DNA of 64,000 bases. Source: Oscillospiraceae bacterium (lineage in GTDB: Bacteria > Bacillota > Clostridia > Oscillospirales > Ruminococcaceae). Positions 37,642 to 46,310 of the stretch are shown here, in pieces. The position numbers and the translations under genes were made by a program. The stretch is taken from positions 7,850 to 71,849 of the forward strand of contig WRLK01000006.1 of NCBI GenBank assembly GCA_009777635.1, written 5' to 3'. The first letter of the stretch is position 1, and each line of letters starts with the position of its first letter. Below the pieces are notes generated by a model. It searched no databases. It had not been told where the DNA came from and saw only the letters and a list, made by a program, of their open reading frames with translations.

Positions 37642-37875
37642 TTATTCTTCAACGATCCATTTTTTAAGCTTTAAAGGAAATTTTGAATTTTCTGTTACAA
37701 CAGATACAGGTTCGTTATAGTCGAGCGCAATAAGCCCTAAAATCGATTTCGCGTCGGCGATTTTGCCGCCCTTAGCGTGTACGCCGATGTCGTCTTCAAA
37801 CAACCATGCAAGATTCATGAATTCACGCAAATCTTCAGCGCTGTTCAATTTAATTTTCGTTACCAAGAAGATCAT
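37642..37875 (-). CDS. HPr-like small protein lacking the His15 motif
   Basis: 77 aa. GGKIADAKSILGLIALDYNEPVSV resembles the HPr Ser46 region (NGK.VNAKSIMGVMSLG). No GIHARPA-type histidine sits at the equivalent N-terminal position. Confidence 0.3.
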   Translation of the reverse strand: MIFLVTKIKLNSAEDLREFMNLAWLFEDDIGVHAKGGKIADAKSILGLIALDYNEPVSVVTENSKFPLKLKKWIVEE

Positions 37876-37974
37876 CCCTTTCTAAAAACCTACAGTCATA
37901 TACCAATAGATATTTTATATTATAGCATATTTCACAAATAAATCAAGTGTTATTTGTGAACATTTCTGAAAAAT

Positions 37975-39393
37975 CTATTTTTCGGCAAGAAATGCCTTAA
38001 AAGCAAGGTATGTGTTGTAAACGTCGGTTTTAGAGACGACTTCAAACGGCGAGTGCATCGATAAAACAGGAACGCCGATATCTATGACGTTTACGCCGAG
38101 CTTTGCGATAAACATCGCAACAGTGCCGCCGCCGCCGCCGTCAACCTTGCCAAGCTCGCCGGTCTGCCATATGATTTTGTTCTCGTCTAACAGGCGGCGG
38201 ATTTTGCCGGCGAATTCGGCGGTCGCCTCGCTGGTCCCAGATTTTCCGCGCGAGCCCGTGTATTTTACAAGGCATACGCCGTAACTTATATAAGAAGTGT
38301 TCCGCTTTTCCGTAACATCCGGGAAGGTTGGATCGAACGCGACGCTGACGTCCGCCGATAAGCATTCGGAGTTTTGTAAAACGACGCTTCCGCTGATCCC
38401 ATATGGGCGCGCTAAGTCATGCACAAAATATTCAAGGAAGCGCGAATCTAATCCGGTCGCACCGTCGCTGCCGGTTTCCTCCTTGTCGGCAAGGATGTTA
38501 ATCCACGTATATTCAGGCTTCAGCGCGTCAAAAGAAGCCATTACCGATGTGTACGCACAAACCCGGTCATCATGCCCGTAACCGCCCATCATGGAGAGGT
38601 CGAACCCGACGTCGCGCGCTTTAAAAGCCGGTACAAGCGACAAATCCGCCGAAAGAAAATCAGATTCGACGATATCGTATTTCTCGTTTAACAGCCGCAT
38701 AATATTGAGTTTTACTTTTTCCGTTGTTTTGTCGCTGTCCTCCGTTTTAAACGGGAGGGAGCCCACAAGCACGTTTAATTCCTCGCCTTTTATGCCCTCG
38801 CTCAGCTTGCGCTGGTTTTGCTCGCCGGCTAAGTGCGGCAGCAGGTCGTTTATACACAGTACCGGGTCGCTGTCGTTTTCGCCTATTACAACCGGAATGG
38901 TTTCGCCGTCTTTTTTGCTGATGACGCCGTGCAGAGCCAGCGGCGTCGCAACCCACTGGTACTTGCGCACCCCGCCGTAATAGTGCGTTTTCAGCATGGC
39001 AAGCTGCGATTCCTCATAAAGCGGGCGGCTTTTCAAGTCAATCCGCGGGCAATCGATGTGGCTTGCAATGATTTTAACGCCGTCGGCAAGGGGTTTATTC
39101 CCAATAACGGCAAATAGCAGGGCGCGGCCCCGGTTGTTTATATAAACCTTATCGCCGGGCGCGTATTTTTTTTGCGGGTCGAACTCCGTAAACCCGCGCT
39201 TAATCAGCTTTGATAATACGTAATCCACGCTTTCCATCTCAGTTTTGGCTGCGTTTAAGAATTTCTTGTACCCGTCGCAAAAATCATATGCTTTCTGTAT
39301 TTGCTTATCCGGCATCACGGAGCCCGAATTTTTCGGCTCCATTATTAATTTTTCCTTTAACAGTGCGGCTTGTGATTTTGTCTCTTTTGTCAT
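37975..39393 (-). CDS. M18-family aminopeptidase
   Basis: SHIDCPRIDLK, GYGHDDRVC and DKEETGS motifs. The ATG at 39393 is preferred over the TTG at 39402. Confidence 0.8.
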   Translation of the reverse strand: MTKETKSQAALLKEKLIMEPKNSGSVMPDKQIQKAYDFCDGYKKFLNAAKTEMESVDYVLSKLIKRGFTEFDPQKKYAPGDKVYINNRGRALLFAVIGNKPLADGVKIIASHIDCPRIDLKSRPLYEESQLAMLKTHYYGGVRKYQWVATPLALHGVISKKDGETIPVVIGENDSDPVLCINDLLPHLAGEQNQRKLSEGIKGEELNVLVGSLPFKTEDSDKTTEKVKLNIMRLLNEKYDIVESDFLSADLSLVPAFKARDVGFDLSMMGGYGHDDRVCAYTSVMASFDALKPEYTWINILADKEETGSDGATGLDSRFLEYFVHDLARPYGISGSVVLQNSECLSADVSVAFDPTFPDVTEKRNTSYISYGVCLVKYTGSRGKSGTSEATAEFAGKIRRLLDENKIIWQTGELGKVDGGGGGTVAMFIAKLGVNVIDIGVPVLSMHSPFEVVSKTDVYNTYLAFKAFLAEK

Positions 39394-39398
39394 CTCTA

Positions 39399-39980
39399 TC
39401 AATTCCTTTCAAATCCATATATATCATAGTATATATCCTGTGTTCTAAGCACTTTTTCGACATACCGCCGTGTGTCGCCGAACGGGATGTTGACGATTTC
39501 GCCATTGACCGTATATTCGGGATTGTCAAGCCATTTTTTGACATTGCCCCAACCCGCGTGGTATGCGCAGAGCGCGTTGTTTTCGCTTCCGAATTCATCT
39601 AGCAAAAGCCGCATGATCTCCGCGCCGTACCGGATATTAATCTCGTGGTCGTACAAATCGTCGAAGGTAAGGTGGGCTTCCTCCTTAATTCTAAATTGCG
39701 CCCATTCAAACGTGTCCCGAGTAATTTGCATGAGCCCTCTTGCTCTTGCGTGTGACTGTGCATTTGGGTCGAAGCCGCTTTCCGTGCGTATGATGGAGAA
39801 CAGCAAAGGCGCAGGTACGTTTGTTAAACGGCTTTGCTCCGCAACGATGTCGCCGTATTTAACGGGGTATGCAGCCTCATAATACCTAAACCATGCAAAA
39901 TAAATAGCAGCGGCCGATACTAAAATGGCAAACGCCGCCAAAATAATCGAAAAAAGAAACCCAGCTATATTCTTTGCCAT
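39399..39980 (-). CDS. lytic transglycosylase (SLT domain), membrane-anchored
   Basis: N-terminal TM segment, then the catalytic ESGFDPNAQS...ARGLMQI motif. Confidence 0.8.
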   Translation of the reverse strand: MAKNIAGFLFSIILAAFAILVSAAAIYFAWFRYYEAAYPVKYGDIVAEQSRLTNVPAPLLFSIIRTESGFDPNAQSHARARGLMQITRDTFEWAQFRIKEEAHLTFDDLYDHEINIRYGAEIMRLLLDEFGSENNALCAYHAGWGNVKKWLDNPEYTVNGEIVNIPFGDTRRYVEKVLRTQDIYYDIYGFERN

Positions 39981-39991
39981 ATATCACCGTA

Positions 39992-40615
39992 CTATTCCGC
40001 GACGCCGAGCTGTTCAATCATGCCCATGACCGATTTATGTAAGGTGGAAATATCACCGCCGTTGTCTATCACCAAGCTGGAACGGCGCGTGTAATAAGAA
40101 TCCCCGTGTTGCGCGGAAATACGCGTGAGCGCTTCGTCTTCCGTAATTTTATCACGCGCAATAATCCTCTTCGCGCGGATTTTTTTCGGAGCGATAACGC
40201 TTACGACACAATCGCACAAAGAGTCGGCGCCGCTTTCAAAAAGCGTTGGCGCGTCGAGAAAAATGACTTGGCTGCCACTTTTTGTAAAAAATTCAATCTG
40301 CATTTTAATCTCCGACAATATATGCGGATGGGTAATCTGGTTGAGGCGGGAGAGCTTATGCCTGTTTTTAAACGCAATTTCGGCAAGCATCTGGCGGTTT
40401 AAGGTGCCATCGTCGTTTAATATTTCCATCCCGAACTCGTAAGCAATCTCGGCCAGGCACTGCTCACCTTTTTCAACAACGTCGCGGGCGATAGAATCGG
40501 CGTCGATAATGATAAATCCAAGCCGTGAAAGCAGGGTGCTAACCGATGTTTTACCTGCGCCGGTCTGCCCTGTAAGCCCCACTACAATCGCTTTTTTGTT
40601 TCCGTCTTCGCTCAT
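39992..40615 (-). CDS. coaE: dephospho-CoA kinase
   Basis: P-loop GLTGQTGAGKTS and about 200 aa. Confidence 0.9.
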   Translation of the reverse strand: MSEDGNKKAIVVGLTGQTGAGKTSVSTLLSRLGFIIIDADSIARDVVEKGEQCLAEIAYEFGMEILNDDGTLNRQMLAEIAFKNRHKLSRLNQITHPHILSEIKMQIEFFTKSGSQVIFLDAPTLFESGADSLCDCVVSVIAPKKIRAKRIIARDKITEDEALTRISAQHGDSYYTRRSSLVIDNGGDISTLHKSVMGMIEQLGVAE

Positions 40616-40812
40616 ATATCATAACCCCTTGAAAAGTATATATAGTCAACGAACTTCAAAATCAGCTCATCCTTGCGGTCTGTTTTCCGCTCTGCTTCGT
40701 TGTCGTCCTTGCCGGGCGGATAGCCCGCCTGCGTCCTCCGCCTTGCGGAGCAAAAAACATCCGTGCAATTCTTGAACCGATTTTAAAGTTAATTGACTAT
40801 AGTATTGTAACA

Positions 40813-41838
40813 TCATAAATATATTTCGTCAAAACCGGCGGCGCGCAGCAGTCGGTTATAAACGGCAAAACCTGCGCCCGAAAGCTCCGGAACGCGCGCG
40901 TAAACAGTCTGGACTCCGAGCCTGTCAAGCTCTCTCAAGGCGGAAAACAGCCTCTTCGATTGCGTAAAGGCATCCCCCATTACACCATATGAAACACACG
41001 GAATCATCAGATTTTTTTCTTCCCCGTCAAAGACCAAAGCGGCGGCCCCCGCCTTATTTGAAACAAAGTTTGCAAATTTTTTAAAGCTTGCGTGAAGCAA
41101 TATGATTTTTGTGTCCGGCGAATAATGCTTGTACTTCATTCCCGGTGAGGATGCACGTCTCGCTAAGGGAATGCTTGACGTTACGGATTTGTCAAACGAT
41201 ACCTCGCCAATCACCGCTTCAAGCTGTTCAAGCGTTATCATGCCCGGCCTGAGCACTTTTGGAGGCAGTGCAGCACAAGATATAACTGTAGATTCTATAC
41301 CTATATCACATAATCCTCCATCTACGATTATATCAACTTTTCCAAATAAATCTTCTATACAATGCTGTGAGTTGGTGGGGCTGGGCTTTCCTGATATATT
41401 TGCCGAAGGGGCTGCGAGCGGTACGCCACTTTGTCCGATTACGGCGCGGATTATTGGGTGTAAAGGCATTCTGATTGCCACTGTATTTAACCCGGCGCTG
41501 ACTGTATCCGGAATGGCATTCGTCTTGTTTAAAATGATGGTCAGTGGGCCCGGCCAAAATTTTTCCGCAAGTTTTTTGGCGTTCTTGGGGAAATCGGACA
41601 CAAGCGAATCAATATCTGATAAATCCGCGATATGCACAATCAACGGGTTGTCATGGGGGCGTCCCTTGGCTTCGAAAATCCTTGACACGGCGGCGGGATC
41701 AAGCGCGTTAGCGGCGATACCGTAGACGGTTTCCGTTGGTAAAACCGCAAGTCCGCCGTCTTTTATGACGTCCGCGACATACCGGATTTTATCTAAATCG
41801 CGCGCAAGTGAAGTTATTTTTATAATTTTTGTTTTCAA
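40813..41838 (-). CDS. tsaC: L-threonylcarbamoyladenylate synthase (Sua5/YwlC long form)
   Basis: YrdC-domain motifs (LPTETVYGIAANA, RIFEAKGRP) plus a C-terminal Sua5 domain. The TTG at 41838 lies behind AGGAG, immediately after the prfA stop. Confidence 0.85.
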   Translation of the reverse strand: MKTKIIKITSLARDLDKIRYVADVIKDGGLAVLPTETVYGIAANALDPAAVSRIFEAKGRPHDNPLIVHIADLSDIDSLVSDFPKNAKKLAEKFWPGPLTIILNKTNAIPDTVSAGLNTVAIRMPLHPIIRAVIGQSGVPLAAPSANISGKPSPTNSQHCIEDLFGKVDIIVDGGLCDIGIESTVISCAALPPKVLRPGMITLEQLEAVIGEVSFDKSVTSSIPLARRASSPGMKYKHYSPDTKIILLHASFKKFANFVSNKAGAAALVFDGEEKNLMIPCVSYGVMGDAFTQSKRLFSALRELDRLGVQTVYARVPELSGAGFAVYNRLLRAAGFDEIYL

Positions 41839-41842
41839 CTTG

Positions 41843-42919
41843 TTACTCCTGTTGGCCGGCCTGTAGCTTTTCGGCCTGATCAAACGTGTTTAGAGAATCG
41901 AAAAGCTCATCTAAATCGCCGTTTATGATGCTTTCCAGCTTGTAAAGCGTAAGTCCTATCCTGTGGTCGCTCATGCGCCCCTGCGGGAAGTTATACGTGC
42001 GTATACGCTCGCTCCTGTCGCCTGTTCCGACTTGAAGCTTGCGTTCGCTTGCGATTTTCGCGTTTTGCTCGCTTTGCATTTTTTCATACAGCCGGCTGCG
42101 TAAAATTTTCATCGCCTTATCTTTATTTTTATGCTGGCTGCGTTCGTCCTGGCACTCGACGACAAGGCCTGTGGGCAGGTGCGTAATGCGGATTGCCGAC
42201 TCGGTTTTATTTACATGCTGGCCTCCCGCGCCCCCCGAGCGGTATGTATCGATCTGCAAATCGGCGGAGCTGATTTCCAACTCGACGTCTTCGGCTTCAG
42301 GCAAAACGGCCACGGTAACTGTCGAGGTATGGACGCGCCCCTGCGACTCCGTTTCGGGAACGCGCTGCACGCGGTGAACGCCGCTTTCAAATTTAAGCCG
42401 CGAGTAGGCGCCGTCGCCGTTTATAGAAAAGCTGATCTCCTTAAAGCCGCCAAGCTCCGTCTGGTTTGCGTTTAAAACTTCGGATTTCCAGCGTTTAGAC
42501 TCTGCGTACATGGAATACATCCTGAAAAGGGTATTCGCAAACAACGCGGCCTCGTCGCCTCCGGCGCCTCCGCGTATCTCGATGATAACGTTCTTATCAT
42601 CGTTCGGGTCACGCGGCAAAAGCAGTATTTTAAGCTCCTCGCCGCAGATTTCCATCCTCGCTTTTGACTGAGACAATTCTTCCTCTACCATTTCCTTGAA
42701 ATCTCGGTCAAGACCGCCTTCGTTCAGCATTTCGCGGGCGTCGTCAGCCGCTTTTTCCGCGGCCTTGTATTCACGGTACTTTTCTACCACAGGAGCAAGC
42801 GTTTTAAGCTCCTTCATCAAAGCCGTGTAATTTTGGTTGTCCGATACAATATTGGGGTCCATCAGCAAATTGTTTATTTCATCAAACCTGCCATTGGCGT
42901 TTTGCAGCTTGTCAAACAT
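41843..42919 (-). CDS. prfA: peptide chain release factor 1
   Basis: PxT tripeptide ([14 protein letters not shown]) and GGQ ([12 protein letters not shown]). ATG 42919 (MFDKLQ...) is preferred. ATG 42931 is an alternative. Confidence 0.9.
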   Translation of the reverse strand: MFDKLQNANGRFDEINNLLMDPNIVSDNQNYTALMKELKTLAPVVEKYREYKAAEKAADDAREMLNEGGLDRDFKEMVEEELSQSKARMEICGEELKILLLPRDPNDDKNVIIEIRGGAGGDEAALFANTLFRMYSMYAESKRWKSEVLNANQTELGGFKEISFSINGDGAYSRLKFESGVHRVQRVPETESQGRVHTSTVTVAVLPEAEDVELEISSADLQIDTYRSGGAGGQHVNKTESAIRITHLPTGLVVECQDERSQHKNKDKAMKILRSRLYEKMQSEQNAKIASERKLQVGTGDRSERIRTYNFPQGRMSDHRIGLTLYKLESIINGDLDELFDSLNTFDQAEKLQAGQQE

Positions 42920-43109
42920 TAGCTTCTCCATTTCTGCGCGTAATTCTTTTGATGTTTTTCTCGCATTTTGAGCGAGCAACCATAACCTCGCGGCCGCAGC
43001 CCGTACAGCGGATTCGAAAATCCATCCCTGAGCGCAGTACTAAAAACGTATCCGCGCCGCACGGATGCTTTTTTTTCATCGTGAGCGTATCGCCTATGCG
43101 AACATCCAT
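42912..43109 (-). CDS. DUF951-family small protein
   Basis: [44 protein letters not shown] fits the DUF951 pattern (GD...MKK.HPCG....I.R.G.D.R..C..C). ATG behind GGGGG. Confidence 0.75.
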   Translation of the reverse strand: MDVRIGDTLTMKKKHPCGADTFLVLRSGMDFRIRCTGCGREVMVARSKCEKNIKRITRRNGEANV

Positions 43110-43226
43110 GAAAATCCCCCGTAAAAAACAATCTAATCTATTATACAACCATTCCCCGACGATTTCAAGAATATAAAAGGATACACTGCGCAAAATAGTA
43201 CAAATAATGGATTTTGGGGGAATACG

Positions 43227-43487
43227 ATGAGCGTCACGATATTTTGCACTTTTGAACAGCAGGATTTAGCGGATTTGGCGATGGGGAAGCTTCGTGCCTC
43301 GACAAAAGGGATCAAAACCATACATTACATTACCGGAAACCGGCATGGCTCCGCGGTAAATGCGGTAAACAGCATATCTCCATCCAATCCGGTAACAGTA
43401 AAGATAGTATGCACAGAAGGTACTGCAAGCACAGTGGCGGCAAGGCTTATAAACCTGCACGCTTATCAAATCATTACTACAAGATAA
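43227..43487 (+). CDS. hypothetical protein
   Basis: 86-aa ORF with a weak RBS and no recognisable motif. Confidence 0.3.
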   Translation: MSVTIFCTFEQQDLADLAMGKLRASTKGIKTIHYITGNRHGSAVNAVNSISPSNPVTVKIVCTEGTASTVAARLINLHAYQIITTR

Positions 43488-43554
43488 AATCAAGGCATGA
43501 GCCCTCTTTCTCCTGAATATAGTTAACTGATGAGAAAAAATAGGAGGGTTCATA

Positions 43555-44475
43555 ATGGCGAACGTGTATAAACCCGAGGGAATTATGCTTGACGGCTCTT
43601 TAGTACCGGGGATTTTTGCGTTAAAAGAAGCAATGGAGCAAAAGAAAATTCTTGAGGCGAGAGTCAAGCTTTGTGATTCGGCGCATAACCTGATTTTAGA
43701 TTTGGATTCATGTCGCGGGATTATTCCGCGAAGTGAAGCGGCAATCGGGATAGACGACGGCACTACGCGGGATATTGCGATTATTTCGCGCGTAAATAAG
43801 CCGGTCTGTTTTACTGTCACTGAAATCAAAACCGACTCAAACGGCGTAGCGCTTGCCATACTTTCACGCAAGAAAGCGCAGGAAGAATGCCAAGCGCAGT
43901 ACATAGACAAGCTAAAGCTGGGAGACGTGATAGATGCGCGCGTGACGCACCTCGAATCGTTCGGGTGTTTTGTGGACATCGGCTGCGGGATTTCATCACT
44001 GATTCCGATTGACGCGATTTCTGTTTCGCGGATTTCGCATCCGAAAGACCGCTTCAGGACGGGGCAGGACATCAAGGCGGTCGTCAAAATGATTGGTGAG
44101 GATTCCCGCGTGACGTTATCGCACAAAGAGCTGCTCGGGACATGGGAAGAAAACGCCATGAATTTTGAGGCGGGCGAAACGGTCGCAGGGATTATCCGCT
44201 CAGTTGAGCAGTACGGCATTTTTGTGGAGCTCGCCCCAAACCTTGCGGGGCTTGCCGAGCCTCGGGAGGGAGCAAGGCCGGGGCAGCATGCAAGCGTTTA
44301 CATAAAAAGCCTGCTGCCGGACAAAATGAAGATCAAGCTCATCATCGTGGACGCGTTCGACGCGTCATATTCGCCGCCGAAGCCGGTTTATTATATTAAG
44401 TCCGGACATATCGATTTGTGGCGGTATTCGCCTGAATCCTCCGAGCGGTTTATCGGTACGGATTTTAACGCTTGA
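43555..44475 (+). CDS. S1 RNA-binding domain-containing protein
   Basis: Repeated S1/OB motifs (GDVIDARVTHLESFGCFVDIG; GETVAGIIRSVEQYGIFVELA). Strong RBS AGGAGGG. Confidence 0.75.
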   Translation: MANVYKPEGIMLDGSLVPGIFALKEAMEQKKILEARVKLCDSAHNLILDLDSCRGIIPRSEAAIGIDDGTTRDIAIISRVNKPVCFTVTEIKTDSNGVALAILSRKKAQEECQAQYIDKLKLGDVIDARVTHLESFGCFVDIGCGISSLIPIDAISVSRISHPKDRFRTGQDIKAVVKMIGEDSRVTLSHKELLGTWEENAMNFEAGETVAGIIRSVEQYGIFVELAPNLAGLAEPREGARPGQHASVYIKSLLPDKMKIKLIIVDAFDASYSPPKPVYYIKSGHIDLWRYSPESSERFIGTDFNA

Positions 44476-44489
44476 ATTTTTAATATTTA

Positions 44490-44525
44490 TGAAAATAAAC
44501 AGTGCCCGGAGTTAACCGGGCACTG
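44490..44525 (-). terminator. intrinsic terminator (U-tract on the minus strand) shared by convergent S1 and GH43 genes
   Basis: CAGTGCCCGG-AGTTAA-CCGGGCACTG. The minus-strand reading is followed by TTTATTTTC. Confidence 0.65.
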
Positions 44526-44560
44526 CGCTGTTCGAGCCTTTTATTGAATCCCATTTGTGG

Positions 44561-44593
44561 GTTTCAATCCTCAGCCCCTTGGGGCGCCGGTAT
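44561..44593 (-). repeat. solitary CRISPR-repeat-like unit (not an array)
   Basis: Minus strand ATACCGGCGCCCCAAGGGGCTGAGGATTGAAAC: a GC palindrome plus a GGATTGAAAC 3' end, resembling type I-C/I-B-style repeats as remembered. Confidence 0.3.
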
Positions 44594-44650
44594 AACCCAA
44601 GCGGTAATATCCTGTAGATTGCTGCGGCGGCGTGCGATTTGCTCAAAACG

Positions 44651-46066
44651 TCATAGCAATTTAAACGACTTTAACGAAATATTACCGGAACCACGAAATG
44701 TAAAATATATAGCTTGTTTTCCGTCTGGAATGTAGATATTCGCCACATTCTCTTTCCATACAGCTGAAAATCCTACCGGAATCTCTCCGAGCGGCTTCCC
44801 GTTCCACCCGGTTTTTACTTCGATTAACCCCTTTGCATATCCCCTGGTTGTGACTGATACGCTATTTATGCTTTCACATTCAAAATACTTATACCCGGCG
44901 GTTGCGGTATCGCACATATTCTGAACATACCCGTCTTCCTTATCACCGTCTTTTCCGTCCTGTGTAACCTTTGGAAAACGGCTGTCCATCCACGCTCCTC
45001 CGAACGGAACATATATTTCCTCATCCTTACAGAAAAGGTTACAGCAAATATATGCGGGATATTCCCCTTTGCCGGAAAGAGGCTTTCCGTTCAAACCGCA
45101 CGAGGTCATTTCGGATTGCACGATAGAACCGTCCTCCCGAAACGCGATCGGCTCGGCGCAGCCTTGCCTGCTGAAATTATGTCCGTTTGTATGTCGATGG
45201 TAAAAGATATACCAAAGCCCGTTTATCTCGGCCATACCGCCGTGATTATTTGAGCCGTAATACATCGGCATTCCCGCAGGTTTGTAGGAGTGGATGTGCA
45301 TATCGCAATTGCTGATTATTACGCCCCTATATACAAAATCCTTTGTAGGAGACTTGCTTGTGGCGTAGCACAACTCATGATAAACTGCCGACGAATAAAC
45401 AAAATAATATGTGTCGCCTTTTTTTCTGATTGAAGGGGCTTCAAAGAATTCGTGTCCTGCCCAAGGCGTATCATTACTGTACGGCCTGCTCGGAGCGATA
45501 AAAACAGGCGCTTCTTCGACAGTAAGCATATCCGGGGCAAGCACGGTACACATCGGGCCGTGCCGACTTTTATCGCCTATGGGACAAAAACCCGTATATA
45601 GATATATTTTATCGCCCTCTGTAAGTACGGCGGGGTCAAACTGCGGCTCATCGCCCTCCCGTTCGCCTAAGCGGGTTCCATCTTTGTAATGAACGCAGCC
45701 GAGGAATTCATATCTTCCCGCCGGTGTGTCGCAGACCGCTACCGAAACAATGTTCAGCTTATCCAGCACATAGTACAGATAATAACGCCCGTCAAGTCCT
45801 TTTGTAACATCCGGCGCGAACAGACAGCCATCGCCTTCATTGTTTTCGGGGTCGCTTGTCTTTTGGTATATTACACCCTCATACCGCCAATCGCTTAAAT
45901 CATTGACGGGTGCCGACCAGCAGACATAGTCGTTAAGGCAATAAGCGTGACCGTTGAATTTATCGTGAGAGCCGTAAACATAAACGCGCTCACCGAAAAC
46001 GTGAGGCTCCCCGTCCGGGATATATTCCCAACTCGGCAAATAAGGGTTGAACACTTGTTTTTCCAT
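44651..46066 (-). CDS. glycoside hydrolase family 43 protein (arabinofuranosidase/xylosidase-type)
   Basis: N-terminus NPYLPSWEYIPDGEPHVFGERVYVYGSHD, typical of a GH43 subgroup, with five-bladed propeller length plus a C-terminal beta-sandwich. Confidence 0.8.
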   Translation of the reverse strand: MEKQVFNPYLPSWEYIPDGEPHVFGERVYVYGSHDKFNGHAYCLNDYVCWSAPVNDLSDWRYEGVIYQKTSDPENNEGDGCLFAPDVTKGLDGRYYLYYVLDKLNIVSVAVCDTPAGRYEFLGCVHYKDGTRLGEREGDEPQFDPAVLTEGDKIYLYTGFCPIGDKSRHGPMCTVLAPDMLTVEEAPVFIAPSRPYSNDTPWAGHEFFEAPSIRKKGDTYYFVYSSAVYHELCYATSKSPTKDFVYRGVIISNCDMHIHSYKPAGMPMYYGSNNHGGMAEINGLWYIFYHRHTNGHNFSRQGCAEPIAFREDGSIVQSEMTSCGLNGKPLSGKGEYPAYICCNLFCKDEEIYVPFGGAWMDSRFPKVTQDGKDGDKEDGYVQNMCDTATAGYKYFECESINSVSVTTRGYAKGLIEVKTGWNGKPLGEIPVGFSAVWKENVANIYIPDGKQAIYFTFRGSGNISLKSFKLL

Positions 46067-46067
46067 T

Positions 46068-46310
46068 TCACCATATTCCTTTCGGGCAATACTGATGTAC
46101 TTTCGCGGCGCGCGTTTCGACGAAACACCCGCAAAGCCTGCACATTCCGTTAGTTAGGTTACTGCACGACTTGCAATTTTCAAGCCGTGCAGTATATTCC
46201 CCGTCCGGAGTTTTTTGTTCTTGTGGAATAAGCGCGATGTACTCATATATATTCCTGAAATAATCCTCATCGGATAACTCTTTCAGCAGGCAGCGGCATT
46301 CCTTCCTCAT
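46068..46310 (-). CDS. small Cys-rich protein (DUF6171-like)
   Basis: 80 aa with 8 Cys (CRC...CKSC...CRLCGC...C). Start and stop abut the flanking GH genes. Confidence 0.5.
   Translation of the reverse strand: MRKECRCLLKELSDEDYFRNIYEYIALIPQEQKTPDGEYTARLENCKSCSNLTNGMCRLCGCFVETRAAKVHQYCPKGIW

Larger units (their letters stand above)
44426..44627 (+). repeat. 202-nt direct repeat, left copy (DR-L)
   Basis: Hand alignment to 54359-54560 gives 7 substitutions and 2 single-base indels. It contains the last 50 nt of the S1-domain CDS, a hairpin and spacer sequence. Confidence 0.9.

Noticed and set aside
40640-40790. SRP RNA, c-di-GMP-I or ZTP-like motifs in the tsaC-coaE spacer (GAAGCAGAGC, GGACGCAGGCGGG, CCGCCCGG).
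   Set aside because: Each resemblance covers only 8-10 nt. The conserved cores and helices of those families, as I remember them, are not reproduced. The region is kept only as an unclassified structured spacer.
43266-44219. 317-aa ORF antisense to the S1-domain gene. Similar long antisense ORFs occur at 22896-23651, 2306-3115, 46622-47443, 47991-48803, 27917-28717, 30842-31549, 20068-20622, 18768-19295 and 33000-33575.
   Set aside because: All lie opposite genes with unmistakable family motifs. They have Ser/Arg/Pro-rich low-complexity composition and lack an RBS. They are shadow ORFs typical of moderately GC-rich coding DNA.
44551-44580. tRNA T-arm-like GGGTTTCAATCC, suggesting a tRNA or tRNA-fragment attachment site.
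   Set aside because: The flanking bases do not form a T-stem. No acceptor, D or anticodon arms can be drawn. I found no tRNA anywhere in the window.
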